Assembly: GCF_011745625.1 (NCBI RefSeq)
Contig: NW_027191507.1
Span: forward strand, 1 to 64,000
DNA: 64,000 bases
Reading direction: 5' to 3'
Source: Cladosporium halotolerans
Lineage: Eukaryota
The position numbers were made by a program, and so were the translations under genes. The notes below the pieces were generated by a model that did not search any database, was not told the DNA's origin, and saw nothing but the letters and a program-made list of their open reading frames with translations. Of the stretch, positions 10,878 to 24,500 are shown in pieces. How positions within the stretch are numbered: the stretch's first letter is position 1; the number at the start of each line of letters is the position of its first letter.

Positions 10878-11894
10878 TCAGCATCCATCCTCACAGAATT
10901 TAAGAGTCAAGCGAAACTCACGCCTCGCTGTTACACCAGTCCCATCCCCTTCGCCTTCGACAAACACGGGCTGGGTGGAAGCCGCTTCCCAGGACTGCCT
11001 ATATCGCTCCGCCCATCCTTGCACGTAGATGTGCCGTGCTGCATCGCCGGTCGATATCCGTCTATTCATGTTAAAAGTCAAGAGCCGATCGAGGAGGTCC
11101 AAGGAAGCTTGGGAAGCGTGGGGATACACCTCACGCCACGGCCGTTTCTCTCTCAATGGGAGCATCTTCCGTATGTATTCAATGCTTTTGACGGAGTATC
11201 CAGGCTCCAAATCTTCGTCCGTTGGAGAGCCTAGTACGGCGAAAATGCAATCTAGTTGGTGCACGTAGCCCTGACCTGGGAACAGGACTCTCCTTCCCAA
11301 CATCTCGGCGAGGACGCAACCGCTGGACCAGACGTCCGCAGCTTTGCCGTACCTGGAAAGCATGACTTCCGGAGCCCGATACCAGCGCGTTGCGACGTAT
11401 TCCGTTAGCCTGCTGCGTCTCTTTTCACGCGTTGTTTCCGCCCGAGCCAACCCGAAGTCACATATCTTCAAATCGCAATTTTCCGCAACCAGCAAGTTGT
11501 CCGGCTTAATATCGCGATGAATAATGCCAGCCGAGTGAATCGCGTGCAGCCCGCACAGCATCTGATGCGTGAGGTAGGAAATCTGTGCATCCGAGAGAAG
11601 GAACTTTTGAATCACCTGCGTCAAGTTGTACGGCATTGCTTCCTGAACCAGACACGCTTCCGAAAGCCTGTGGAAGCTACACGGCCTCGCAGAGTCCAGT
11701 AGCCTCACGATGTTGCAATGTTGGAGATGTTGTAGGATCCGAATCTCGCTCAACGTTCGACGACACACCAAAGGATTGTCCAGCTGCCGAATCACTTTGA
11801 TCGCGACCTTGTTTTGGAATCCTCTTGGGGTGGCTTGATAGACCGAACCGTACGCACCCCTTCCCAGCAGCTGATGCACATCGTAACGCTCCAT
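10878..11894 (-). CDS. MAP kinase, Fus3/Kss1 (ERK)-like, divergent and intronless
   Basis: GRGAYGSV, VAIKVI, RTLSEIRIL, HRDIKPDNLL, KICDFGLAR, LTEYVATRWYRAPE (TEY loop), DVWSSGC, LDLLDRLLTFN. Likely start MERYDV at 11894. Confidence 0.92.
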   Translation of the reverse strand: MERYDVHQLLGRGAYGSVYQATPRGFQNKVAIKVIRQLDNPLVCRRTLSEIRILQHLQHCNIVRLLDSARPCSFHRLSEACLVQEAMPYNLTQVIQKFLLSDAQISYLTHQMLCGLHAIHSAGIIHRDIKPDNLLVAENCDLKICDFGLARAETTREKRRSRLTEYVATRWYRAPEVMLSRYGKAADVWSSGCVLAEMLGRRVLFPGQGYVHQLDCIFAVLGSPTDEDLEPGYSVKSIEYIRKMLPLREKRPWREVYPHASQASLDLLDRLLTFNMNRRISTGDAARHIYVQGWAERYRQSWEAASTQPVFVEGEGDGTGVTARREFRLTLKFCEDGC

Positions 11895-12498
11895 CAGATC
11901 GTCATGTCGAGCGTGGTGAGGCCGGGCCGAGGAGAAAGAAGGGGTCGTTGCTGTTCGATCGGCTTGTGAGGGCGGGCAAATGACGCGATGCATCAGTGCG
12001 AGGTGACAGGACAAATTCGGATGAGACCAGCAGATGTGAACAAGATTGAACCGACGAGCGCTCCTGCAGTACTTTTTGATGCAATCTTATGGACTCCGAC
12101 CGCCTTGGTCGATGCCGTCAATGCGGTGAGGCGTTGGTCAAGCAAACTCCGCGTAACCGGCTCCTTTCTCACCTTCCTTGTTGGCCTCCCTTCTTGCTTT
12201 GTTTCATCACTTCCCTTCTCGCTTCCCTCCATCATCACCTTTCTTCCTCGCCTCCCTTCTTCGCCTCCCTTCCTCGCTTTCTGACAGGCCCGAATTTCTA
12301 CCATTCGGGCCGCCACAACCGGCGCTTAACAAACAACGCACCTCGGAGGCCCTTGGCACGAGCTCTGTCAGAAAGCTGCGAAGGAGCCAAGGCCGCATAT
12401 ATCTGTCCGTCTGGGCCTCTCTGTCAGATTCAGTCGCGCGAATTCCTCACCTCTCTGAGACAAAGGCTGTCCAATCGACCAACGGGCCCAAGGTCAGC

Positions 12499-14494
12499 AT
12501 GGATCGAGTCGAAGAAGCTGGCTCTGATGCCCACTTTCAGAATAAGAGTATTCGCAGCTTCCTCTGGACAGGGGTCACCGTCAAGGTGGAGGACCGTCGT
12601 ACGAAACAGCAAAAGGCCATCTTGTCGAACGTGAACGGCATGGTGAGAGAAGGGGAACTGATGACCGTGATGGGGCCTTCGTAAGCGAAACATTGAATCG
12701 ACCCCGGCGGACAATACGCTGATTCACTGTTCACCAGTGGCTCCGGGAAGTCAACCTTACTACAGGTCCTCTCGCAAAGGCGTCGCTTTCCGACGTTGTC
12801 GGCTGACGGCTTGCTTTACTTGAACGGCGTTGCTGCCGACGCAACCGAGTTCAGACGGATTTCTGCTTACGTCGAGCAAGAAGACGCTCTGATCGGTTCA
12901 CTGACCGTCAGAGAGACCCTCGACTTCGCTGCTCGGCTTTCCACGCCCGCGGCAAGCAAGAAAGAGCGCCTCAGGCGTGTCGCCGCCCTGGTCGCGGCGT
13001 TCGGCTTGTCGGACGTGACAGACAGTCTGATCGGAACCACTATCAAAAAGGGTGTCTCGGGCGGTCAAAAACGACGGGTCAGCGTGGCGGCACAGCTCGC
13101 GACGGGACCGCGCCTCTTATTCTTGGACGAACCGACCTCCGGCCTGGATTCAGCCGCAGCGTTCGAAGTCATCTCCTTCCTCAGGCTTGTTGCCAAGAGA
13201 TATCGTGTACGTCGCGCCACACCTCGCTGTTGAATTTTTCACCGTCGTAGTTCGCGCTGACGAAGAAGTAGCTGATCGTCATAGCCTCCATACACCAGCC
13301 TTCGACGTCCATGTTCATGATGTGTGACAAACTGTTGCTGTTGTGCCAGGGCCATATCGCTTACAGCGGGCCTCCCGGCGCAATGGTCCGGCACTTTCAT
13401 GCCTGCGACCTCGCCATTCCCGAGATGATGAACCCAGCCGAGTTCGCGCTCGACTTCGTCAATACGGACTTTGCGCGGAGCAGGGAGGAGTCAGAGCAGC
13501 AAGTTGGCCAAGTGACATCCTCTTGGTACCCATCGGAGCAGAAGAGGATCACGGACGGAGAGATGAGCGACGAACTAGCGCGTAGCTCGATGGGTGTCGA
13601 GGTAAACGTCGACCCGGCGCCCACCTTTTCTCCTTCCATGCTGAGCGTCGTCTTCACCCTCGCGCATCGCAGCTTCGTCAAGTCATACAGAGACGTGGTC
13701 GTCTACGGCATCCGGGTCGTCATGTACCTGGGTTTGGCGCTCTTGATGGGCACAGTGTGGCTGCGCCTGGATCCGAGTCAGCGGAACATACCGGCATTTG
13801 TCAGCGCTATCTTCTTTGGGGGTGCTTTCATGTCCTTCATGGCAGTCGCCTACATCCCAGCTTTTCTCGAGGATTACGCCACCTTTCGCGAAGAACGCGC
13901 GAACGGCCTGTATGGCCCTTGTCCGTTCTCGCCAACTTCTTGGTAGGCGTGCCCTACCTCTTCTGCATCACGCTGGTCTTTTCGCTAGCCGAATACTGGC
14001 TGTCAAACTTCCGACCCGCTGCCGATGGCTTCTTCACTTGGGTTATGTGGCTCTTCCTGGATTTGATCGCGGCCGAATCGCTTGTGGTGCTGGTTACTTC
14101 GGCCTTTCCCATCTTCGTCGTCGCCTTGGCTGGGACGGCATTCGTCAATGGGCTTTGGATGTGTGTCGGAGGCTCTTTGCGGCCTGTCGATGGGCTGAAC
14201 CCATTTTGGCGATATGCTTTCCACTACATCGACTACCAGTCCTACGTCTTCCGAGGGATGATGCATAACGAGTTTGATTGGAGGAACTACTCCTGCCAGC
14301 CGCTCCCTGACGGCCAATGCCAATGCAGCTATGACACCCTGTTGAAAGACCAGTGTCTGATACAGGGGGCTGCGATCCCGGCCAGCTACGGTCTCGGCCA
14401 CAAACCTGCAGCTCATTCTGTTCCAGTGATGATCGCCATCATCGCCGCCTACCGGATTCTCGCTTGGCTCATTCTTGATCGCAGGCGGGAATGA
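12499..14494 (+). CDS. ABCG (White-like) half transporter; introns 12681-12737 and 13207-13271; apparent 1-nt frameshift near 13918
   Basis: The spliced product has Walker A GPSGSGKST, signature VSGGQKRR, Walker B LFLDEPTSGLD, SIHQPS, then ABC2 membrane helices (ERANGLYG | PLSVLANFLVGVPYLF continues in the next frame). Confidence 0.88.
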
Positions 14495-15623
14495 TGGACG
14501 GACGGTGTCGGAGCCTTCCCGGTGATGAGAGAAGGGGGCAGCCGTCTGCACCATGGGTATTTGGGGCGATGAATAACACCACAGCAGCATGTGAGGGGTC
14601 TCCTCAATGAAATGCGTAATGAGGATTCAATTCCGCTCTAAGCACGGCGAGACAGCAACGCTGCTCAATGGCGTGCTTCCGGCCGGCAGCTTCGCAAACC
14701 CCTGTAGTTTGCAGACCGGCTGCACTGCGCATACCGGAAGGAACAATCAAAATCACCGTCCTCCACGCCACGCGTGCACTGGGGTCTCCATGATCGATGC
14801 CAGCTTTGTACGTTGCCCAGATTCTGCGGTATACTGTCTTCACTCCTTCGTTCCGTATCCATCTCGTAAGTTACTGTATGCGAGCTACACAGGTCTTGGT
14901 AGACCCTATTAGGCGGAGGATATCCGGCTTCTTCGTCCATTCTTCGTCCTCTCTTTATGTTTATCTCCCAAAAAAGCACTTCATAGGAACAGCCACAACC
15001 TTCACGGACAGAATGCCCACTGAATAACTTCTTCAACTGCCGTTGCATGTTGCAAGTGATGCATCAGACGGATCGTCTACCTTATTGGGCCGGCAAAGAA
15101 AAGCACCAAAATGTCTACCGACACTGCTACGTGCCACAACACCATAGAATGATTGCAGTCGCAGTAACGTTGCTCCACGGTGCAACCGTCTTTCTGCCAC
15201 ATCAACTCTTGAGAAATCACGTCTGTGCGCAAAGCAATCTAACTTTGATTTCTCCGGGCTCAGCTGTTTCGCGGTCTAGATTGCGGTAGAAGAACAGGGA
15301 AAAGGCACTTTTTTTTTTGAAAGGCAAACGGCCTCATGCGCTTGCGGCAGACGCCGTGCGATCTATCGAGCGACTGCCGCTCGTCTCAACGCTACCATAC
15401 GTCTCAATGGGCTGTGTCCCGTATGGGTGTGTCCCGCACTTCTCCTTGCAACTAGCAAGACGTCATTAAACGAAAAGCATCGCTGACGTCATCGACGGCT
15501 AACTCTCGCCGCGTAAGGCGGCGGCGGCGATACCTTTTGAGATCGAATTGTCAGCGGATATGTCTCTACCGAATCCCACAGTCCGCACTCAACGCCTAAG
15601 ACGTCTTCTTGCACCAGTCCTGG

Positions 15624-18600
15624 CTACGACATACATACCTCTGCCGCTTCAATGCTTGAGCTCTTGTATCTCTCATTGAGAGAGAATGAAGTCCACGTCG
15701 AGCGGCCCACGCTGGAGGTATCGATTGTGTCGCACGGGCTCGCAGGGACAGCCTCACTCGTAGAACCTCCGAGCGTATCCTCAATCTCCGCATACTTGAC
15801 GCTCCCGTGAGTGTCAGGGATGGGAGCTTGTCTTGGCGCACTCGCTGGAGGTGGGAGTAAGACGCTGTGCTCCCTGCTGAGCCTTCGCACGGACCTCGGC
15901 ACACAGAGTCCGGGCGGCACGAGCGCGGTCTCCGCCTCGATGGCGGCACCTTGAGCCGCCATCATATCGCGCCTCCAGTATTCGGTGCGCGGAATGCTCC
16001 AGCTTGCTTGGGGCTCCCACGGCACGGAAAGCCTGTTACTCAGGCAGTGACTGAACGTCAAAGCGCCTTCGCTATTGCGGCGAGAGCGACTGCCCTCCTT
16101 TGGCCAGCACGACCGCATCGATGGGTGCAGAGCGGAAACGACCGATGAGCCTGACCCTTCCGTCCTTGCACGCTTCCCAATCCCTTTCGTGACGGGGCTT
16201 GGAGGCGTTCGAGAAACGCGCTGTGGGAGTGGTGAACGGTGCGGGTCGACGAGCAATCTCGGGAGACCACCGATCGGGTAGCCGTGCGCGAGGTGACCAG
16301 TTGAGGGCGCGAAGAACAGCTGGATGGAGGATGGCTTGCACATCGAGCGATCCAAGCAGATCCTCACCGCGGGCCGCTGAAAGATGCCCTGGCCGATCAT
16401 GGTCTCGATTCTTTCGACGGTGACGCTGACCCTAGTCGCGATCTGCGCCGAGTCTGCTGCAGGACGGATCTCGAAGTACGGCTCAAAGGCGACGCCGACG
16501 AACTGATCTCGCAGGATGCGCCCGAACCCCTTGATCATGTCGATGTCCTCCTCGAAACGGCAAGCTATGCTTCCGCTCACAGCGTCAACGTCGTCGTCTA
16601 GCGCAAATACCCCTTCAGTCTTCAGGTAGAAAGAGGTCGCGACCAGCCGGTGGGCCGTCCTCCTGGCCACCTCTCGTTCTTGCGGCTTGCCCAGCACGTC
16701 CCGCACAGAGGCTTGCAGCTGCCTGAGCGAGCTGTGATCATCGTGGTTTGGGGGCTCGTGTTCCGGGCCCAGGTCCGGGTTCAGTCTGAGGAGGCCGTGT
16801 CCCTTGGCGTGGGGCTGCGCTTGGTTGATCGCGGATTTGAACTCCCGCCATGTCCTCTCCGCTGCCAGCACGCTGTCTTCCCTGACGTGACGACGTCGCG
16901 CAAAGGGCAGCAGCCTTGACCTGATCGTCCTTGCATCCGACTGGGGATCGAACCCGCGTACCATCTCGGCTTGGAGCCCGGCCACGACCCTCCTCCGGTT
17001 CTGACCTGTGCCGATTGACAGGCAAACCGCGGACGGGTACGATTCTGGCCAAATGCGGCGGACTTCGTCCGCGGCGACGGTGACGGGGTTGCTGTCGTAT
17101 ACTTCACTGCTGTCAAATCGCCGGTGGCCGATGCTCACGGGCTTGAAGCTGGAAGCTTCTGCCATCGCTGCTGCGACGGCTTGACACGTCCGCGGTCCGG
17201 CGTCAGGGTCGTCCGAGGTTACGAGGGTGTATTCTCGCTCTTCTTCCGACGTAGGCCGCCTGTAGCTGGCGAGCAATACCTTCCGGCGGTCGGCTCCTTC
17301 GCCGGAGACCAATGCAATCCTTACATCGGGCGCAAATTGGCCCGCATCGCCAAAGAACTCGCGGTGGCCGGTGAAGGCATCTCTGAGCGCGCCTTGTAAT
17401 GCGGAGGTCTTTGCTTTTCGTTCACTGACGATCATTCGGGCCATCCTGTCGACGACGGAGCCGCCGTGGCCGCCGCCGATTCCGTCTGCGTAGCCGTGAT
17501 CGCACGTGGCCAAAAACATGTCGAGGCACTGCTTTGAATGGAGCGACCTCCCGTTGTCAGCGACACAGCGATCAGGCCACCTGTGCCGGCACCAACGATG
17601 AGGTCGAAGAGCCTTTGCACGGGGACATGGTGCCCAAGGGCCTGCTCGATTGCCCGGAGCGCCTCCAGCTGAACGATCCCGCGCACGCCCCCGCCGTCGA
17701 GACTGAGCGCGCAGGCTCCAGCTTCGGGCGATTTGACGCTGAACGTTGCAGGCTCCTCCCACCGAGCGTCGGCACAGTGGAGTGGGCACCGGTCAACAAC
17801 CAGCGACAGCTCGCGCTGGCGCCCGCAAGCGCGTGCACACGTCTCGCACAGCACATGACCGCATGGCAAGGCGCACTGGGGGGTCTCGATCAGGCACGAC
17901 AGACACGTGGAATGGCTCCGTATCGCCACCACCGATGGTCCAAGGCTACCGTAGAACTCGTCGATGGACTCCGAGTGGAGGTCCCAGGCGATGCGGTGGT
18001 CCGAGGTTGTCGCACCGGTGCGCTCCCGCCTGTACAAGAAATCGATTTGCAACTGAGAAATGGCCTCCTTGAGCTGCCTCTTCCACCGGCCCGCAAAGTC
18101 AAGGCCCACCGGGGAGACATAGCCGCGGCCGGTAGTCGACGCGATGATGCCTCGGTGATCTTGGTGTCCTTTGACGCCATGACGAGCCCGCGACATGACG
18201 CAGCGACGCGTGCCGTCGGCACTCGCGTGCGCGCACATTGCATGGGACTCCAGGTAATTGTCGACGGCCCGCGCGAAGAATTCCTCGTACGGGGCGCAAA
18301 CTATCTCTAGACGCCCCTTTCGATATTTCGCCCAATCCAGCAGGATGCAGGATGCTACGAAGGGCCCCATCCGCTCTAGCAGGCGTCGCAGTCCACTCCG
18401 GTCGCCACGGCAGGAGCGCTGGACGGCAAGACACAGCTGCAGGATATGGTCGCCGAAGTCGTTTGGGATCGGGTTTCGCGCCAGAGAGACCTGTAGGAAG
18501 TCAAAAGGGAGGTCGAGATGCGAAGTGAAATGATCAAAGCCGCTCTGCAAGTACTTTCCCAGCTCCGCCCCGTCGCTCAAAACGCGCGCGCGGCTCTTCG

Positions 18601-19714
18601 CCTCAAAAGACCTTGCGCAACACTGGCTGATCAGCCCGCGAAGCTGCGAGACTTGCTCTCGCATCCGGTTGATTTGCGAACCCGTCGGCAGTCGAATAAC
18701 CTTGAAGGAGCTGTAGTAACAAAGGACGAGATCTTCCACGGAACATACGTCCCTACCGAGCTCACGCCAACGCTCAGCCAGCGCTCGGAAACGCGGCACA
18801 CCCTCTGCGTGATCGATGGCACCTCGCACCGTGGAGAGCAAGGCCTGCGTGGCCGAATCGGCGTTCCACTGGTCCGCGGCAAGGGCAGCATCGCTGCAGT
18901 TCAGCACCACCACGCAGTGGGGCAGGGTCGGCTGGTTGATTGATCTCTCCAGTGCTGCGGCGCCCCAGTCAAGCAGCTTGGAGAGAACCGAGGATTGAAA
19001 GGTTTTTGGATTGCGCAGGACGAAAACCACACAGTCGGAGAAGGTGTACAGAATCCTGGGATACAGCCTGGTCACCGCGAACTCTCGCTGCCGAGACTCT
19101 TCCGTGGTCGCCCATTCTATCGAGTGTGTTCGTGCCGATGGCTCAGCTTGCTGTTCGCCAGTACCCGGCGCTGGGTTCCGCTGTCGCGACCGTGACCCAA
19201 GCGGAATCTTCTCGCCTCCCTCGAAGCCCTCGCAGTCAATGTACATGACAGGGTGGCGATCGCCGACGCTGGCAGGGTCGGAGTACAGATGCACGTCGCC
19301 GGAAGTGGGAATACTGTCGTCAGCGACATTCCCAGCGACCGGAGATGGAAAGCCTCTGCGTACATGCTCTGCAATCCCGAGGGAGATGAGCAATTTGATG
19401 AGGGTGGATTTGCCCGCGTTTGTGACACAGATGAAGGAGACAAGGCGGGGGTATTGCAGCGGCGCCGAGTCAGGTCTGCCCAGGCTTGCTGCGCAGAGGA
19501 TCTCGTAGCGACCGTAGTCCTCCAGCACCGGTCTCCCATATCTGTCGCGAACGACACCGAACCATTTGGACGTTTGATCTTTTTCGTGCAATCGTTCGAC
19601 GACGTCGCTGGTGTTGGCCGTGTCGAAAACGCTATCGATTTTTCGAGCAACCATGGGCTCTATTTGCTCATGTGGTGTACCGTCTCTGCCTCCCTTGCCC
19701 GGCTTATGGGGCAC
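15624..19714 (-). CDS. Patatin-like protein with an N-terminal P-loop GTPase-like domain and a RING-like finger; lipase motifs degenerate; frameshift near 17535
   Basis: ORF 17432-19714 has NAGKSTLIKLL, PTSGDVHLY, DCEG, CLSCL...LPCGHVLCETC...CPLH, LSLDGGGVRG and FDLIVGAGTGG. The patatin C-half continues in ORF 15624-17789 from KQCLDMF (SNPV, CLSIGTG, LLRLNP). Confidence 0.82.
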
Positions 19715-20377
19715 TTGTCGCTGCCAACAGTCGCTACAAATGTGTCAGAATTTCCACTTCGACCACCTTACAAATGCACGGCCAGAATTTACGGCCAGTG
19801 ACTTTTCGCCGAGCTTACCCGCAATACGTGCAATAGCATTTTGCGCAATACCACAATGGGCTTCTCGAGCCCATGCAGTCTGTCCCCTCACAGACGAGGG
19901 GAATGCCCTCAAGGTCCTCGCTCGAGCTGGAAGTCGAACAGCTCGTTCGACGCTTGGCAGACATGGCCTGCATACCCTCGTGTGGATGATCCATATCTTC
20001 TCAATGCAGGCAAGGAAGAGTTCGCGGTCTGTGTCTTTGTTGGACTCGTTTGGGTTTTATGGGAGATCCGTCGGCTTCCGATGACAGCATCGAGGCTCAA
20101 CGCCAGTCACTTGGCGGGTCTAATCGTTGCAAAAGCCTGGCGATTCGCAAGACTCCTGTGGGCCGAATTCAAAAGTAGCACCGCAGGCGCCTCCAAAAGA
20201 AACACGGACGTTACTGTGCCTTTCCCTCGGCAATCCATCAAGGTCACGAAAGCTGAGTGATTGAATGACACGGAATGGCAGCGATCGAGACTTTGGATCG
20301 CGAGTTACTCATTCTGCGCTATTTCCTGTTTTTTCAATATGGTAGTCGTCGCGTCTGCATCAGAATCTGTCTGACGC

Positions 20378-21043
20378 TTAGTTTGTGAATCCCTTTCTCT
20401 CGTCCTTGACGACCTCAACTTTGCTTGCTCGACCCTTGACTCTTTTCCTTTTCGTGAGTGGACCCGAAGACTGGCTGGACGGGTTTGATAGCGGCGAAAG
20501 CCCTTCTTGCTTCATTCGGATTGTGTTCACAACACATGCCACTCGCGCCGTCCACTGCTGAAATCCATCGGACTGGTCCTCAAGCTCTTTGACTTGTCTA
20601 CGATCACAACAAGGGAGGTCAGCAACGCCTGCAGGGGTCGGCACATGAGACTGACCTCTTTAGGTCGTCCATCTGTACCTTCAAGCCTCGAATATCTTCA
20701 CGGAGCCTTTCGATGTGTGAGCCCTGGCTCCGCCAGACTTGAGCTCCCCTAGTGTGGACCAAAAGACGTACTGACACATTTCCTGTTGCGTAGGTTTGTC
20801 CTCCTTCACGTCACGTACAGATGGTACCGTGTCGCCTTCCCATGTTGGCTCGAGATCGGCAAGATTGGATATGCCTGGAAAGTCATGGTAGGCACTGAAG
20901 TCGATGCCTCGCGCAAAAGATAGTGTATCTCCGACGCTCTGTTGATCCGCAGTCGGAATCGTCTGCAGAGGTGGAAATAGATCCTCAGACCACGATCCAA
21001 AGTCGTGCTCGACTGACTGATATGCGGAAGACGGTAAGTCCAT
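20378..21043 (-). CDS. Small coiled-coil protein, 3 exons (introns 20707-20771 and 20598-20655)
   Basis: GTACGT...AAG and GTCAGT...GCTGAC...TAG introns join an open frame: QQEMCQLREDIRGLKVQMDDLKRQVKELEDQSDGFQQW, ending in a basic NLS-like TKRKRVK. Confidence 0.65.
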
Positions 21044-21594
21044 TGCTGTAGTGGGAGAAAGCTGCTCAAGTCCACGGGCTTCAAAAAAAATGCATGTAGC
21101 CCTTTGGTATTGTCGTCTGTATATAAACAGATTGCGTTCTACATGCCACTACCCATCTTCCAAAATAGAACAAGAGAGATGCCTGTGCAAAAGATTCTTA
21201 TAGCAATGTAAGCACATGATTTTGCTTTGCAAGTCTCACCATTGTTTCGCATCCGTTTCACATTCGATCCAATCAATAATCTGAGGCTTTAAAAAGGTCA
21301 AGGTGCAGAAGGGATAGAGTGGAGCGAGCGCCAAGTGGAAGGGGCAGACCCGGGGTCCAAGACGCGTAAAATGGCTTGAGTTTACAAGTTTTGTCATGGC
21401 CCCCTTACTTGAGCACTTCCTCTTTATATATCACAGGGCACAGTCCGTGGCCGCATGCGTGTCAATGTCCACAGTTGTGGCTGTCCACATGATAGAAAAG
21501 CACGGTCAGTCTTGGGGCGAGCTGCAAAAAATCAAGCAGCGGTCGATCGAGGAATCCAATTGATGATCGCGTCCCCGGCCAACCTGGAGAAATC

Positions 21595-24500
21595 ATGGGG
21601 GGCTGCCGTCACAGCGACTGGGTGGAGCTGTCCGCCACAACGCGTCACTTACGTCTTTCTGATCCCACCCGCCTGCATCGCCTCATTGGAGAGTTGGAAA
21701 GGGCTGCCAAACAACATCCCCATATCGTGCTTTGTCTTGGCAAAGAAGAGAGGCGAAAGTTGATCAGCCAGATTTTGCTAGGCCAAAGGGTCACTAGGCC
21801 TTCTTCAACCAGAAAGTCTCCCGCTGGTGGGATTTCGAGCATTGTTTCGGACAAATCGCAGGCCGGCGTTGACCATCCGATCTTTTTCGCCCACACTCGG
21901 GTCGAAGGTGCGATCCCGACCAGCAGAGGATACCATTGTCACGAGACAAGGTCCGCACGTAATGGGTGGCCCGCATCGCAGCAAAGTGCTCACGACGCCA
22001 TCCTGACAAAGCTCTTCTTTCCCTTCTCGAATCTCATATGCATGTTCGTTGAAGACTTCGGTGGATTCGATGCCGTATTGGACAGGCTCAACGCCTGGAC
22101 CTCCACTCCACGTGCAACGGACCTTGCTGACTTCGCCCGTGAGGCCCTCCCCAGAGTCTGCCTCATTACGTCGGGCCCCCTGAGTGCCGAAGCCCAGATC
22201 CGAGAGGAAGCAGCGCACTCACGGCTGGATAGGATTGATTTCCACGATCATTTTTCGAATGTCCAGATCCTCCGCTTCGACACAAATAGCCTCGAAGAAT
22301 TTCACGAAGACTTTCGTCTCTTGCTGCTCAACGAGCTGACAACTTCCAACCTCATGAAGGAGAGACATCGAGTGTCGTTCAGCGCCAGGCATCTGGCCGA
22401 GTTTTTCTCGCAAGCAATGTTACACGTCGGGACTGATCCCACTAAAAAGTTTAGTTTTATATCCGCTTCACGGAAGCACCGATCTGTGCCACCATCCTAC
22501 TTCGATCAGGTCGGCGTTGTCTTGCGCAGCAGAGCCAAGCACGGCGTCGGCTTCGACAAGGTTGCCTCGCTGATCAGCTCGTGCTTGCTGTTGGATGCGT
22601 ATCCGCGCGGTTCTCATGGTGAGTTACCAGCCGTGCAACACAAGCGCTGGCCGCTTCCTGCTGACTGAATTAGCTTTCGATGCTTGCGACATTTTCCAAG
22701 AGCTCTACGCCGAGCCTCTGGGCACGGCCCTTCAATCTAACTATGCAGCCCTCTCGCACCCAGGCGAGCGAAGGCTGCAAAACACCATCTGCAAAGATGG
22801 TCGTTTCAAGATACTCGTGAAATTTGTCACAATGGCTCGCCGAAGCGACGGGACGAGGGATTGGGCTCTCCGTCAGCACAAGAATAACCTGTCGTCACTG
22901 TGGCTTTGCGACACTCGCAAGCTGATGGTGTCCGCCCAGATCTGTGTCTCCTGCCTGGCTGGCTCTCCGCATCATGTCCTCGAGTGCGGGCACATTCTGT
23001 GCGACCAGTGCGTCGGCCGGTTCGGCAGACCGTGGGTGGGAGAAGAATACCGTTATGTCGTAGAGGAGTGCGTGATCTGCCGTTTTCCCGTCGGCTTGGT
23101 GGTTCACTTGAAGCCGCCGACTGCGAGACCGCGCATACTCACAATAGATGGCGGTGGCGTACGCGGCGTCGCGCCCTTGGAGGTCTTGAACAAGCTGCAA
23201 AAAGATCTCGGCCCTCGAGCTCGGGTGCAAGATTTCTTCGACCTCGCCTTTGGCGTGAGTGCCGGTACGTCCAACTTGGGTCGCATGCCGCATCTTCCGA
23301 TGCCTCTTCGGTTTCTGATGCAGCCTGCTAACTTCCATCTAGGCGGTCTCGTTATCCTGGGCATGTTCGCGAAGCAGTGGAGCGTCGAGCACTGCACCAG
23401 GTCGTTCTGCGAAGTCGCACAACAAATATTCGCACCGTCGAGGGGGCGGATGAAAGGCGTGCTCGGTCTAGCCCACACTCTGACATGCTGCCTGCTACAC
23501 GATGGACTGTATGGCAGCGAAATGGTAAATTCGTTACTTCAAGAGAGCTTCGGTGCGGAGACTCGGGTGCTCAGTCCTGCTCCGACAAGGGTATCACGCC
23601 ATAAGTATGCGGTAACCACGACGAAGGTCGATGACACTGCAGCCTTCGTCTTCTCAAACTACAGCGTGGCTGTGTCAGACGACCAGAGCCATCCGCTGAA
23701 AGCGGTGACGGGAAGTATCAATGGTTCCAAACGCCAGTCTCGATCTTCTCTGTCGACGTATCACCGACACAGAAGCAGTCGCGCGGACGAAAGTCCATTC
23801 TTGTGGAAAGTGTGAGTATTAGCCAGAGCCTCCCACCAACGGCACCAACGCTAACGCCGAATGTCCAGAGCGAAAGCAACGTCCGCAGCTCCACCGTGCG
23901 TTGTACACGATCCGCCCCGACGGGAGATCATTTGAGTCATCACGGCTGACCAACTTCTGTAGTTTTTTCGAGCCGGTCGCGATGGGTGACGACGGAGTCC
24001 ACCGGGACGGGGGTTACCACAATCTTAACAACACACACATCGCCATAGCAGATAGCTTGAAAATCTGGCCCGGCACGTTGCCCGCTGTAATCCTTTCTCT
24101 AGGCACCGGGCAGACTCCTCGCGGCCATGTCCAAAAGCAAGCCCCCCTTCGGGGAAAGATCCAGAACGGCACGCTGGCCAGGCTTCTACGATGGTCCCGA
24201 GCGAGGTTGATGGAGGCTATAGATGGCGAAGAGGTCCACGAACGAGTGTGCGCCTCCTTGGACGACACCGGGCGTACGACATACTTTAGAATGAACCCCG
24301 AATTTCCAGATGGCCTGCCGCGTTTGGATGATGTTGAACAAATTCAGCACATCCGCGAACACGTCAAGTCCTACCCATCTAAAGAGATGCGGACTGAATT
24401 CAAAATCGCAATAATCGCCTCCTCCTTTTTCTTCGAGCTCTGCCGCAGTCCAAAGCATGGCCGGGCTGCCACGTATCTCTGCGAAGGAACCATTCGCATC

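Noticed and set aside
17534..18310. Long plus-strand ORFs opposite the patatin gene (and similar ones opposite other genes)
   Set aside because: These are antisense shadow ORFs expected in GC-rich coding DNA.
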